Shown here: positions 41,062 through 53,037 of the stretch, piece after piece
Layout: every line of letters begins with the position of its first letter
How positions within the stretch are numbered: the first letter of the stretch is position 1
DNA from: Alphaproteobacteria bacterium
GTDB lineage: Bacteria > Pseudomonadota > Alphaproteobacteria > MPNO01 > UBA830
Reading direction: 5' to 3'
DNA: 64,000 nt
Assembly: GCA_965243135.1 (NCBI GenBank)
Contig: OZ251539.1
Coordinates: forward strand, 2,848,001 to 2,912,000
Program-made: the position numbers and the translations under genes
The notes under the pieces: model-generated
Told to the model about the DNA's origin: nothing
Databases searched by the model: none
The model's input: the letters and a program-made list of their open reading frames with translations, nothing else

Positions 41062-43350
41062 TCAGGCGGGCTCGCAGCCGACGACGTTGCGCTCCTCGCG
41101 GCTGAACTCCACCAGGTGGACCGAACGCCCGAAGCGGCGGTACTTGTCCGCGTAGCCCTTCTCCCGCAGCTGCGCGAGCGCGGTCCCCTCCCGCCCGCGC
41201 TCCACCACCTTGAACTCGAACAGGTAGACGCGCCCGCCGGCGCGGATCGCCATGTCGGCGCGCCCCCGGCTGCCGCTGTCCTCCGCCACCGGCTCTAGGC
41301 CCTCCATCAGGAAGCAGCTGTGGATGACGCTCGCGTAGTGGGCCTCGTACTTCGCGACCGGGCTGTTCATGTACCACTGGTGCGGGGCGAAGACGCCGCG
41401 GAACAGGGTTTCGAGACGCTCGAAGTCGTTCGCCGCCAGCACCCAGCCGCAGGTTCTCCGTCTCCTCGCGGGCCTCGTCCGGGAGCAGTTCTTCCAGCAG
41501 GGCCTCGCCCAGGCTCTGGCGCACCTCGAGGTTCGGGTAGTCCAGCCGGTAGCGCCCGTCCTCCTCGCCGGCGATGGGTAGAGTCGAGGACTGGCGCGTT
41601 AGCTTTAGGGTCCGGGTTCCGTCGCTTTCGCTCCGGGCCTCAGTCCGGCTCCCGTGGCCACGTTTCCAGTCCCCGCTCTCCGAACCGGACGTGCGGATTT
41701 CCCGCGCCTCCAGCCCTCGCCCACGGATGGATTGTCAGCGTTCCCAAAAACGGCCGGTTTTCCGGACCCGGGAGTTGCACCGTCTCCCATATTTTCCGCC
41801 TGTTCTCGCTTTCCAACCCGTCGCCGAACCTGTTTACGCCTCGACGACCCCGGCCTCTCGACCGGGTTCCTTCGCTTGTGACGCTTCCGGGATCTCTGGC
41901 ATGTAGTCGGTTGTTAGGCATAGCCAGATCCCTTCTCCCTTGCGGCGCCCTTCCTCGCGCCCCTTTCCTCCGCCGGCGTTACCCGGCTTCTCCGGTACTA
42001 CGGGCCTCTCCGCCACCCGCCGGCCTGCCCCTCGCGGGGTTCCGGTTGACTCGTGCGCGTCACCGACAGGGCTTCCCGTGTTGCTGCTTCCTTCATCTTC
42101 CATGCGTGCCGACACCCCGGCGGAAACGGTCGGTGCTCTTGTCGTTCTCTTCCCGACCGTCGGCGGCTTTCCCCTAGGAGGGTCAGCTCCCGCATTGACC
42201 GTTTCGAGGCCTGGTTCACTGCTCGTTTCGGCCCGCATGTTCGCTGAGCGGCCTTCGCCGCCCTTTCCCAGAGTGCTTCAGCCTACCCTCCGTAAACCGC
42301 CCTGGCCGCTACCAACCGGAACGACAGTTGTTGGGTGGGATTCGCACCCACGAAAGCGCCTTTCCACGGCGCACTGAGGTAGCCGGTCTGGAACAGAAGG
42401 GCCTGGACCGACATCCTGTCCACGTCGAAGGCCGAGAGCAGGCTCTCGCCATGCCGTCCAGGCGAGGAGTGGGCAGGTCGCGGCGCGCCAGCGTCTCCAC
42501 CAGGAAGGTCGGCGTGCCGCTCTCGAACCAGTACGGGCGGAACTCGCGCCGCCGAAACAGCAGCAGGAGGCCGAACGGATTGTAGACCCTCTCCGGCCCG
42601 CGCCAGTTGTAGCCGTTGTACCAGCGACGGACCTCGTCCCGGTCCAGGCCATCGAGTTCCGGGGCGAAGACCGCGTCCAGTTCCGCGTCCGTGCAGCCGC
42701 AGATATCCGAGAATTCCGGCTCCAGCGTGACGCAGGTTGTTCAGGCCCAGAACAGGCCCGCCTTCGAGAATTTGCTCACTCCCGTCAGGAAAACGAAACG
42801 GAGATGCCTGTCGCAGGCCACCCCGTACAGGCTGCGCAGGAAGTCCCGGTTGGCCCGCGCCAGCTCCCGGTCGCCGAGCGCGTCCAGAATCGGCTTGTCG
42901 TACTCGTCCACCAGAACCACCGCCCGCTGCCCGGTGCGTTCGTGCAGGTCCGCGATCAGTTCCCGGAAGCGGACCGAAACTCTGGCGCCGCCCGGCGCCG
43001 GCCCGCCTCTCCGCCGCCTTCAGTTGCGATTCCGTTTCTTCCCGAACTCCGTCCGGGTCGCCGAAATCGCCCCCGCCGAAATCCAGCCGCACGACAGGAT
43101 GACGCATCGACCAGTCCCACCTGCCGTGCACGGCGAGGCCCCGGAACAGCTCCTCGTTTCCCTCGAACAACTCCTGCAGCGTGTCCACCAGCAGGGTCTT
43201 GCCGAACCGGCGCGGACGCGACAGGAAATAGTACTTGCCCCATGAGGCGGCGCGCATGCTCCGTCTTGTCGACGTAGTAGCAGTCCATCCCCCGGATCTC
43301 CCGGAGGGAGGAAAAGCCGAGCATGCGTTTCGTCAGAGGGTAGGCCGCCG
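41062..43350 (-). pseudogene. AAA-ATPase/PD-(D/E)XK copy A3, eroded, interrupted by a group II intron; divergent nuclease end
   Basis: 5' exon ends ..QTGYL-A at 42375; 3' exon resumes CC-IAGEEDGRYRLDYPN at 41577; C-terminus AEDSGSRGRADMAIRAGGRVYLFEFKVVE. Confidence 0.88.
41578..42374 (-). ncRNA. Group II intron remnant lacking an intact RT ORF (797 nt)
   Basis: 5' GTGCG; DIII-like CCCGTAGTACCGGAGAAGCCGGGTAACGCCGGCGGAGGAAAGGG; DV-like GGGAAATCCGCACGTCCGGTTCG; 3' end CTCGACTCTAC; precise removal restores the host Thr codon. Confidence 0.88.
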
Positions 43351-43398
43351 CGCCCGTCAAGAAGTCGGCGGCGGCAGGCCTGTCCGCGTCCCCTGGCG

Positions 43399-44195
43399 CT
43401 GCCTGTGCCCCGTTTTGCTGGACTGACAGTATTCATCTTGAAGTTCCTGAAGGAAAGCCATAGCGGCGAGTTGAGCGTAGCCGACCGGTTGCGAACCTGG
43501 CGGGTTGCGCTTGAAGTGGCCGCCCAAGGCCTGCCTGTCCCCCACAATTTGATGCTGAACGCTACTAACAATATTCATCCCGAAGTTCCTGGTGAAAGGC
43601 CGCGAGTTGGAGGTAGCCGTACCACATCAACTCCGCGCCTGGCGGGTCTCGCTTGCGCTTGAAGTGGCCGCCGAGGGTGGCGACCAGGAAGACAGCCTCT
43701 CCGAGGTTTTTCGGTGCGCTCTTGCGCCGCGGCGAACAGCGTCAGCACCTGGAGTTCGACGTCCGAGAACAGGATCTCGGGCGGCAGGTCAGGTAATTCC
43801 CGTCCGAGGCGTGCCATGAATGCGCCAAGCGACGACCATGGCGGTGGCGCGCTGCAGGCGCTCGGCCGTCCGGTTCTCGAGTTCCTTGCAGCCGGACTTC
43901 AAGACGCGAAAATAATCTTCAATTCTCCAGCGCAGGCCGTACCAGGGCGTTCGGCGTTGTCGGCGCTTTCGACCGGCAGCGTCGTCAACAGGAACCACTC
44001 CAGGCGTTCGGCGCGGGGGAGCTTTCTCGCGGACATGGACGATCGTCACGGGGGCCTTGCGCTTCGCCGGCAATTCGACTTTGAGGTAGCGCAGCCGTGG
44101 CCTGACGCTTTGGTCGCATGGCCCTCGCGGCCTGCTTGCTTGCGCGTGCGCTCAGACGCTTGACCTCGACGACCCGCTTGCCCTGCGCCGGGCTC
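43399..44195 (-). mobile_element. IS4-family transposase 3' fragment with terminal IR
   Basis: WYGLRWRIEDYFRVLKSGC motif; end CTGCCTGTGCCCCGTTTTGCTGGACT as at 53038. Confidence 0.8.
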
Positions 44196-45502
44196 TCCTC
44201 CGCGCGGACGTCCATGCCCGCCGCCACGAAGTGCGAATAGAACACGCTCGGGTAGTGCGCCCCGGCCATGCCCGTGTTCGCGTACCACTCGTGGCTCGCC
44301 AGGAACGCCCGGAACGGATTCTCGAGGCCCGCAAAGTCGTTCGCCCAGGCGGCGCAACTCCCGGCTCTCCGCCGCGACCGTGACCTCCGGCGCCATCGCC
44401 TTCAGCAGGAGCGCGTTCAGGCTGCGCTTCACCTCCTGGTTCGGGTAGTCCAGCCGGTAGAGGCGCGTGTCCTCGTCCCGCTCCTCGTCGACGATGGTCA
44501 GGTAGCCGGTCTGGAACAGCAGCGCCTCGACGGGAATGCGGTCGACGGCCGACAGCAGCGCGTCGTCCGCGACCAGATCCTCCAGGGCCGGCGGCGCGAA
44601 CCGGCGGCGCGAACCGGCGGCGCGAACCGGCGCCGCGACAGAAGGTCGGCGAGAAAGGTCGGCGTGCCGGTCCGGAACCAGTGCGCCTCGAACTCGCGCG
44701 TTTCGAAAAGAAGGAGGATGTCGAACGGGTTGTAGACCCTCTCCGGCCCGCGCCAGTTGTAGCCGTTGTACCAGCGCCGAACCTTCTCCCGGTCCAGGCC
44801 CTCGAGCTCCGGGGCGAAGACCGCGTCCAGCTCCGCGTCCGTGTAGCCGCAGATGGCGCCGAAACGCGGGTCGAGGGTGATGTCGCGCAGGTTGTTCAGG
44901 CCCGAGAACAGGCCCGCCTGCGAGAACTTGCTTACGCCGGTAAGGAAGGCGAACATGCGCGTCGCAGTCCTTGATCGCCCCGTACAGGCCGCGCAGGAAG
45001 TCGCGGTTGGCCCGCGCCAGTTCCCGGTCGCCGAGCGCGGACCGGCTTGTCGTACTCGTCCACCAGCACGACCGCCTGTTGTCCGGCGCACTCGTGCAGG
45101 ACCAATTCCCCGAAACGGTTCGACGCCTCGACGGATCCCGGTTCGAGGCCGGCGCGCCTCTCCGTCGCCGCCAGTTGCCGTTCCACGGTTATCCGAACCC
45201 CGTCCGGGATTACGAAATTGCCCCCGCCGAAGCTGATCCGCACGAAGGCGCACCGACCAGTCCCGCTTGCCGTGCACGGCGAGGCCCCGGAACAACTCCT
45301 CGCTTCCCAGCTCCTGCAGCGTGTCCACCAGCAGGGTCTTGCCGAACCGGCGCGGACGCGACAGGAAATAATACTGACCACCCTCGACGAGGCGGCGCAC
45401 ATAGTCCGTCTTGTCGACGTAGCAGCAGCCCAGCTCCCGGATTTTCCAGAGGGAGGTCAAGCCGGTCGGAAGCAAGCGTCCCGTCAGAGGGTAGGCCGCC
45501 AT
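44186..45502 (-). pseudogene. AAA-ATPase/PD-(D/E)XK copy A4, eroded and 3'-truncated
   Basis: Colinear with A1/A5; fused to the IS4 fragment at shared GCGCCGnGCTCT; 13-bp triplication at ~44588-44626. Confidence 0.9.
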
Positions 45503-45527
45503 GCCCGTCAAGGAGAGCGTCGGGCGC

Positions 45528-45551
45528 GCGTCAATTTCTTTGCATTGACGC
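45528..45551. promoter_or_regulatory. Palindromic putative operator GCGTCAAT-N8-ATTGACGC upstream of array genes
   Basis: Perfect 8-bp arms here and at 51211-51234, imperfect at 47460-47484; ~25-50 bp before the starts; overlaps a TTGACG. Confidence 0.45.
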
Positions 45552-45812
45552 CAGGGAGGGCCTGCGCTTTCTACATGTACGCGCCGTGTCCACATCCCAA
45601 GACTTGAAACCATTCTGCGGCCGGCGTCTCCGCCGGTTGTCCTGAGATCTTCGCCGGCGGACCGCCCAATTCCGCAGATGCCCAAACCCAGTTGCAACCG
45701 GGGCATGGGCCGTGCCTTCAACTAACTCGAAAGGTGAACGGCGAGACGGGTCCGCTGCCGCGGAAACGGCCGTTCCCGACGAAGGGCATGGCGACCTGCG
45801 GCGCGGGCGGCC

Positions 45813-45833
45813 GGCGCCTTTCGCGGAGGCGCC
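45813..45833 (-). terminator. Conserved GC hairpin downstream of array genes
   Basis: GGCGCCT-TTCGCGG-AGGCGCC ~20-35 bp after the stop of A5, A6, A8, with variants after A1, A2, A3, A7; no U-tail, so function uncertain. Confidence 0.35.
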
Positions 45834-45863
45834 GCCTGCGTCCGAACGGGACGGCTCCCGGCT

Positions 45864-47429
45864 TCAGGCGGTCTCGAACTCGAACCCGACGATGTTGCGC
45901 TCCTCCCGGCCGAACTCGATCCCGATCAGGTGGACCGGCACGCCCGGTCGCCGGTACTTGTCCGCGTAGCCGCGCTCCCGAATCTGCGCCAGCGCCCGGC
46001 CTTCCGGCTTCCCGTCCGCGACCTTGAACTCGAACAGGTAGACGTTGCCGCCGTACAGGACCGCGAGGTCCGAGCGGCCGCGCGCCGTGCTCTCCTCGGC
46101 GCGGACGTCCATCCCCGCCGCCACGAAGTGCGAGTAGAACACGCTCGCGTAGTGCGCCTCGTAGCCTGCCATGCCCGTGTTCGCGTACCACTCGTTCGGA
46201 ATGCTCGCCAGGAACGCCCGGAACAGATTCTCGAGGCCCGCGAAGTCGTTCGCCCGCATCAGGCGGCGCAACTCCCGGCTCTCCGCCGCGACCGTGACCT
46301 CCGGCGCCATCGCCTTCAGCAGGAGCGCGTTCAGGCTGCGTTTCACCTCCTGGTTCGGGTAGTCCAGCCGGTAGAGGCGCGTGTCTTCGTCCCGCTCCTC
46401 GTCGGCGATGGTCAGGTAGCCGGTCTGGAACAACAGCGCCTCGACGGGAATGCGATCGACGTCAATGGCCGACAGCAGGTCGTCGTCCGCGACCAGATCC
46501 TCCAGGGCCGGCGGCGCGAACCGGCGCCGCGACAGAAGGTCGGCGAGGAAGGTCGGCGTGCCGGTCCGGAACCAGTGCGCCTCGAACTGGCGGCGCCGGA
46601 AAAGCAGCAGGACATCGTACGGGTTGTAGAGTTTCTCCGCGCCTCGCCAGTTGTAGCCGTTGTACCAGCGGCGGACCTCGTCCCGGTCCAGGCCGTCGAG
46701 TTCCGGGGCGAAGACCGCGTCCAGCTCCGCGTCCGTGTAGCCGCAGATGGACGAGAACTCCGGCTCCAGCGTGATGTCGATCAGGTTGTTCAGGCCCGAA
46801 AACAGGCCCGCATGCGAGAACTTGCTCACCCCCGTCAGGAAAACGAAACGGAGATGCCTGTCGCAGTCCTTGATCGCCCCGTACAGGCCGCGCAGGAAGT
46901 CGCGATTGGCCCGCGCCAGTTCCCGGTCGCCGAGCGCGTCCAGGATCGGCTTGTCGTACTCGTCCACCAGCACGACCGCCTGTTGTCCGGCGCGCTCGTG
47001 CAGGGCCTCGATCAATTCCCCGAAACGGTTCGACGCCTCGACGGATCCCGGTTCGAGGCCGGCGCGCCTCTCCGTCGCCGCCAGCTGCCGTTCCACGGTT
47101 ATCCGAACCCCGTCCGGGACGACGAAATTGCCCCTGCCGAAGCTGAGCCGCACGACCGGATGGCGCGCCGACCAGTCCCACCCGTCGTGCACGGCGAGGC
47201 CCCGGAACAACTCCTCGCTTCCCTCGAACAGCTCCTGCAGCGTGTCCACCAGCAAGCTCTTGCCGAACCGGCGCGGACGAGACAGAAAATAGTAATCGCC
47301 CCCTTCGACGAGCCGGCGCACATGCTCTGTCTTGTCGACGTAGTAGCAATCCCTCGTCCGGATTTTCCGGAGGGAGGTCAAGCCGGTCGGAAGCATGCGT
47401 CTCGTCATCTGAAGAGGGTAAGCCGCCAT
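45864..47429 (-). CDS. AAA-ATPase + PD-(D/E)XK nuclease, copy A5 (intact, 521 aa)
   Basis: All motifs as A1. Confidence 0.93.
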   Translation of the reverse strand: MAAYPLQMTRRMLPTGLTSLRKIRTRDCYYVDKTEHVRRLVEGGDYYFLSRPRRFGKSLLVDTLQELFEGSEELFRGLAVHDGWDWSARHPVVRLSFGRGNFVVPDGVRITVERQLAATERRAGLEPGSVEASNRFGELIEALHERAGQQAVVLVDEYDKPILDALGDRELARANRDFLRGLYGAIKDCDRHLRFVFLTGVSKFSHAGLFSGLNNLIDITLEPEFSSICGYTDAELDAVFAPELDGLDRDEVRRWYNGYNWRGAEKLYNPYDVLLLFRRRQFEAHWFRTGTPTFLADLLSRRRFAPPALEDLVADDDLLSAIDVDRIPVEALLFQTGYLTIADEERDEDTRLYRLDYPNQEVKRSLNALLLKAMAPEVTVAAESRELRRLMRANDFAGLENLFRAFLASIPNEWYANTGMAGYEAHYASVFYSHFVAAGMDVRAEESTARGRSDLAVLYGGNVYLFEFKVADGKPEGRALAQIRERGYADKYRRPGVPVHLIGIEFGREERNIVGFEFETA

Positions 47430-47797
47430 GCCGAAGCCGTCAAGGAGAGCGTCGGGCGCGCGTCAATTTCTTGAGATTTGACGCCAGGGAGGGCCGGCGC
47501 TTTCTGCATGTACGCGCCGTGTCCACGTCCCAAGACTTGGAAACCATTCTGCGGCCGGCGTCTCCGCCGGTTGTCCGGAGATCTTCGCCGGCGGACCGCC
47601 CAATTCCGCAGATGCCCAAACCCGGTTGCGACCGGGGCATGGGCCGTGCCTTCAACTAACTCGAAAGGTGAACGGCGAGACGGGTCCGCTGCCGCGGAAA
47701 CGGCCGTTCCCGACGAAGGGCATGGCGACCTGCGGCGCGGGCGGCCGGCGCCTTTCGCGGAGGCGCCGCCTGCGTCCGAACGGGACGGCTCCCGGCT

Positions 47798-49358
47798 TCA
47801 GGCGGTCTCGAACTCGAACCCGACGATGTTGCGCTCCTCCCGGCCGAACTCCACCCCGATCAGGTGGACCGGCACGCCCGGACGCCGGTACTTGTCCGCG
47901 TAGCCGCGCTCCCGAATCTGCGCCAGCGCCCGACCTTGCGGCTTCCCGTCCGCGACCTTGAACTCGAACAGATAGACGTTGCCGTTGTACAGGAGCGTCA
48001 GGTCCGAGCGGCCGCGCGCCGTGCTCTCCTCCGCACGGACGTCCATGCCCGCCGCCACGAAGTGCGAATAGAACACGCTCGCATAGTGAGCCTCGTAGCC
48101 CGCTATGCCCGTGTTCGCGTACCACTCGTTCGGAATGCTCGCCAGGAACGCCCGGAACAGATTCTCGAGGCCCGCGAAGTCGTTCGCCCGCATCAGGCGG
48201 CGCAACTCCCGGCTCCCCGCCGCGACCGCGACGTCCGGCGCCATCGCCTTCAGCAGAAGCGCGTTCAGGCTGCGCTTCACCTCCTGGTTCGGGTAGTCCA
48301 GCCGGTAGAGGTGCGTGTCCTCGTCCCGCTCCTCGTCGACGATGGTCAGGTAGCCGGTCTGGAACAGCAACGCCTCGACGGGAATGCTGTCGACGTCGAT
48401 GACCGACAGCAGGTCGTCGCCCGCGGCCAGGTCCTCCAGGGCCGGCGGCGCGAACCGGCGCCGCGACAGAAGGTCGGCGAGGAAGGTCGGCGTGCCGGTC
48501 CGGAACCAGTGCTCCTCGAACTCGCGGCGCCGGAAAAGCAGAAGGACATCGTACGGGTTGTAGAGTTTCTCCGCGCCTCGCCAGTTGTAGCCGTTGTACC
48601 AGCGGCGGACCTTGTCCCGGTCCAGGCCCTCGAGTTCCGGGGCGAAGACCGCGTCCAGTTCCGCGTCCGTGTAGCCGCAGATGGACGAGAACTCCGGCTC
48701 CAGCGTGACGTCGATCAGGTTGTTCAGGCCCGAGAACAGGCCCGCATGCGAGAACTTGCTCACCCCCGTCAGGAAAACGAAACGGAGATGCCTGTCGTTG
48801 TCCTTGATCATCGCGTAGAAGCCGCGCAGGAAGTCGCGGTTGGCAAGCGCCAGTTCCCGGTCGCCGAGCGCGTCCAGAATCGGCTTGTCGTATTCGTCCA
48901 CCAGCACGACCACGCGTCGCCCGGCGCGCTCGTGCAGGGCCTCGATCAATTCCCCGAAACGGTTCGACGCCTCGGCAGCGCCCGGTTCGAGGCCGCCGCG
49001 CCTCTCCGCCGCCGCCAGCTGCCGTTCCACGCTTCTCCGAACGAAGTCCGGGGAGTCGAAATTGCCGCCGCCGAAGCTGATCCGCACGACGGCGCGCCGA
49101 CCAGCCCCACCCGTCGTGCACCGCGAGATCACGAAACAGCTCCTCGCTTCCCTCGAACAGTTCCTGCAGCGTGTCCACCAGCAGGGTCTTGCCGAACCGG
49201 CGCGGACGCGACAGGAAATAGTACTGGCCCCCTTCGACGAGGCGGCGCACATGGTCCGTCTTGTCGACGTAGTAGCAGTCCAACTCCCGGATTTTCCGGA
49301 GAGAGGTCAAGCCGGTCGGAAGCATGCGTCTCGTCATCTGGAGAGGATAGGCCGCCAT
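47798..49358 (-). pseudogene. Copy A6, full length except one 5-nt deletion near 49090
   Basis: 1561 nt versus 1566 nt for intact copies; HP codons of SARHPVVR lost. Confidence 0.9.
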
Positions 49359-49429
49359 GCCGGAACCGTCAAGGAGGAGGCGGAGTCCGTCGGCCGAACG
49401 TCGGCCCGGAGTTCCCGTGTCGGCGCGGG

Positions 49430-49636
49430 AGACTGTTCTTGAGAGAGCGGCTATCCGTGCCGCAAACGGCCACGGTCGCGGCGTCGAGCCGCAGTTCGGC
49501 GCGCGCGACCCGCCAGGCGCGGTGCATGGCCGGCGTCGCCGCCCGGCTCCAGGAAGCGGCAGTGGCGGCCGCCGCAAGCGCGCGGTCGGTCGGCGCTTTT
49601 CGCGAAGGCGCCGCCTGCGCGGGACGGCTCCCGGCC
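49430..49636. repeat. ~200-bp spacer shared with 37420-37631
   Basis: Near-identical sequence downstream of A2 and A7. Confidence 0.85.
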
Positions 49637-51159
49637 TTAGACGGTCTCGAACTCGAACCCGACGATGTTGCGCTCCTCCCGGCTGAACTCCACCCCGATC
49701 AGGTGGACCGGCACGCCCGGACGCCGGTACTTGTCCGCGTAGCCGCGCTCCCGAATCTGCGCCAGAGCCCGGCCTTCCGGCTTCCCGTCCGCGACCTTGA
49801 ATTCGAACAGGTAGACGCCGCCGCCGTGCAGCACCGCAAGGTCCGAACGGCCGCGCGCCGTGCTCTCCTCCGCGCGGACGTCCATCCCCGCCGCCGCGAA
49901 GTGCGAGCACGCTCGCGTAGTGGACCTCGTAGCCCGCCATGCCCGTGTTCGCGTACCACTCGTTGCTCGCCAGGAACGCCCGGAACCGCCGCTCGAGGCC
50001 CGCGAAGTCGTTCGTCCGCATCAGGCGCCGCAACTCCCGGCTCTCCGTCGCGACCGCGACGTCCGGCGCCATCGCCTCCAGCAGGAGCGCGTTCAGGCTG
50101 CGCTTCACCTCATGGTTCGGGTAGTCCAGCCGGTAGAGGGGCGCGTCCTCGTCCCGCTTCTCGTCGGCGACGGTCAGGTAGCCGGTCTGGAACAGCAGCG
50201 CCTCGACGGGAATGCGGTCGACGGCCGACAGCAGGTCGTCGTCCGCGATCATGCCCTCCAGGGCCGGCGCCGCGACCCGGCGCCGCGCCAGAAGGTCGAC
50301 GAGAAAGGTCGGCGTGCCGCTCTGGAACCAGTACGGGCGGAATCTGCGCTTGTCGAACAGCAGCAGGATGTCGTGCGGATTGTAGACCCTCTCCGGTCCG
50401 AGCCAGTTGTAGCCGTTGTAGCAGCGGCGGACCTTGTCCCGGTCCAGGCCGTCGAGTTCCGGGGCGAAGACCGCGTCCAGCTCCGCGTCGGTGTAGCCGC
50501 ATACGGCGCCGTAGCGCTCGTCCAGCGTGATGTCGTTCAGGTTGTTCAGGCCCGAGAACAGGCCCGCCTGCGAGAACTTGCTCACCCCCGTCAGAAAAAC
50601 GAAGCGGAGATGCTCGTCGCAATCCTTGATCGTTCCGTACAGGCTGCGCAAGAAGTCGCGGTTGGCCCGCGCCAGTTCCCGGTCGCCGAGCGCGTCCAGG
50701 ATCGGCTTGTCGTACTCGTCCACCAGAACGACCGCCCGCTGCCCGGTGCGCTCGTGCAGGGCCTCAATCAATTCCCCGAAACGGTTCGACGCCTCGACGG
50801 ATCCCGGTTCGAGGCCGGCGCGCCTCTCCGCCGCCGCCAGCTGCCTTTCCACGGTTATCCGAACCCCGTCCGGGACGACGAAATTGCCCCTGCCGAAGCT
50901 GAGCCGCACGACGGCGCGCCGACCAGTCCCACTCGCCGTGCACGGCGAGGCCCCGGAACAGTTCCTCGCTTCCCTCGAACAGCTTCTGCAGCGTGTCCAC
51001 CAGAAGAGTCTTGCCGAACCGCCGCGGACGCGACAGGAAATAGTACTTGCCCCTCTCGACGAGGCGGCGCGCATGGTCCGTCTTGTCGACGTAGTAGCAG
51101 TCCATCCCCCGGATCTCCCGGAGGGAGGAAAAGCCGATCGGAAGCATGCGTTTCGTCAT
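49637..51159 (-). pseudogene. Copy A7, frameshifted
   Basis: MTKRMLPIGFSSLREIRGMD start; short deletions near 50912, 50220, 49965, 49908. Confidence 0.9.
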
Positions 51160-51555
51160 TCGAAGAGGGTAGGCCGCCGCGCCGGAGCCGTCAAGGAGAG
51201 CGTCGGGCGCGCGTCAATTTCTTTGCATTGACGCCAGGAAGGGCCTGCGCTTTCTGCATGTACGCGCCGTGTCCGCGTCCCAAGACTTGGAAACCATTCT
51301 GCGGCCGGCGTCTCCGCCGATTGTCCGGAGATCTTCGCCGGCGGACCGCCCAATTCCGCAGATGCCCAAACCCGGTTGCGCAATGGGACCGGGGCATGGG
51401 CCGTGCCTTCAACTGACTCGAAAGGTGAACGGCGAGACGGGTCCGCTGCCGCGGAAACGGCCGTTCCCGACGAAGGGCATGGCGACCTGCGGCGCGGTCG
51501 GCCGGCGCCTTTCGCGGAGGCGCCGCCTGCGCCCGAACGGAACCGGCTCCCGGCT

Positions 51556-52990
51556 TCAGACGGTCTCGAACCCGACGATGTTGCGCTCCTCCCGGCCGAA
51601 CTCGATCAGGTGGACCGGCACGCCCGGACGCCGGTACTTGTCTGCGTAGCCGCGCTCCCGAATCTGCGCCAGCGCCCGGCCTTGCGGCTTCCCGTCCGCG
51701 ACCTTGAACTCGAACAGGTAGACGCCGCCGCCGTACAGGACCGCAAGGTCCGAACGGCCGCGCGCCGTGCTCTCCTCGGCGCGGACGTCTATCCCCGCCG
51801 CCGCGAAGTGCGAGCACGCTCGCGTAGTGCGCCCCCGCCAAGCCCGTGTTCGCGTACCACTCGTTGCTCGCCAGGAACGCCCGGAACAGCCGCTCGAGGC
51901 CCGCGAAGTCGTTCGCCAGGCGGCGCAGCTCCCGGCTCTCCGCCGCGACCGCGACGTCCGGCGCAGCAGGGGCGCGTTCAGGCTGCGCTTCACGGTTCGG
52001 GTAGTCCAGCCGGTAGAGGGGCGCGTCCTCGTCCTGCTCTTCGCCGGCGACGGTCAGGTAGCCGGTCTGGAACGGCAACGCCTCGACGGAAATGCGGTCG
52101 ACGGCCGACAGCAGGTCGTCGTCCGCGAACATGCCCTCCAGGGCCGGCGCCGAGATCCGGCGCCGCGCCAGCGTCTCGACCATGAAGGTCGGCGTACCGC
52201 TCAGGAACCAGTAGTTGCCGAACCCGCGCTCGGCGAGCAGCAGCAGGATGCCGAACGGATTGTAGAGCCTCTCCGGCCCGCGCCAGTTGTAGCCGTTGTA
52301 CCAGCGGCGGATTTTCTCCCGGTCCAGGCCATCGAGTTCTGGAGCGAAGACCGCGTCCAGCTCGTCGTCCATGTAACCGCAAATGTCCGAGAACTCCGGC
52401 GCCAGCGTGATGTCGCGCAGGTTGTTCAAGCCAGAGAACAGGCCCGCCAACTTGCTCACCCCCGTCAGGAAAACGAAACGGAGATGCCTGTCGTTGTCCT
52501 TGATCATTGCGTAGAAGCCGCGCAGGCAGTTGCGGTTCGCCAGTTCCCGGTCGCCGAGCGCGAACCGGCTTGTCGTACTCGTCCACCAGCACGACCGCCC
52601 GCTGCCCGGTGCGCTCGTGCAGGACCAATTCCCCGAAACGGTTCGACGCCTCGACGGGTTCGAGGCCGGCGCGCCTCTCCGTCGCCGCCAGCTGCCGTTC
52701 CACGAGGTCCGGGGAGTTGCCGCCGCCGAAGCTGATCCGCACGACGGCGCGCTGACCAGTCCCACCCGCCGTGCACGGCGAGGCCCCGGAACAACTCCTC
52801 GCTTCCCAGCTCCTGCAGCGTGTCCGCCAGCAAGCTCTTGCCGAACCGGCGCGGACGCGACAGGAAATAGTACTTGCCCCACGAGGCGGCGCGCATGCTC
52901 CGTCTTGTCGACGTAGTAGCAGTCCATCCCCCGGATCTCCCGGAGGGAGGAAAAGCCGAGCATGCGTTTCGTCAGAGAGTAGGCCGCCGC
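51556..52990 (-). pseudogene. Copy A8, heavily eroded
   Basis: Colinear, many short deletions; 5' end and IS4 junction nearly identical to those of A3. Confidence 0.9.
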
Positions 52991-53037
52991 GCCCGTCAAG
53001 AAGTCGGCGGCGGCAGGCCTGTCCGCGTCCCCTGGCG

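Larger units (their letters stand above)
45503..45863. repeat. ~360-bp inter-copy spacer, repeated at 47430-47797 and 51181-51555
   Basis: Near-identical sequence between A4/A5, A5/A6 and A7/A8. Confidence 0.92.

Noticed and set aside
41578-42374. Diversity-generating retroelement explaining array variation
   Set aside because: No intact RT or avd, and differences between copies are block-like rather than adenine-specific.
47652-51074. 1140-aa ORF as a real fusion protein
   Set aside because: Read-through created by frameshifts across copies A7 and A6.
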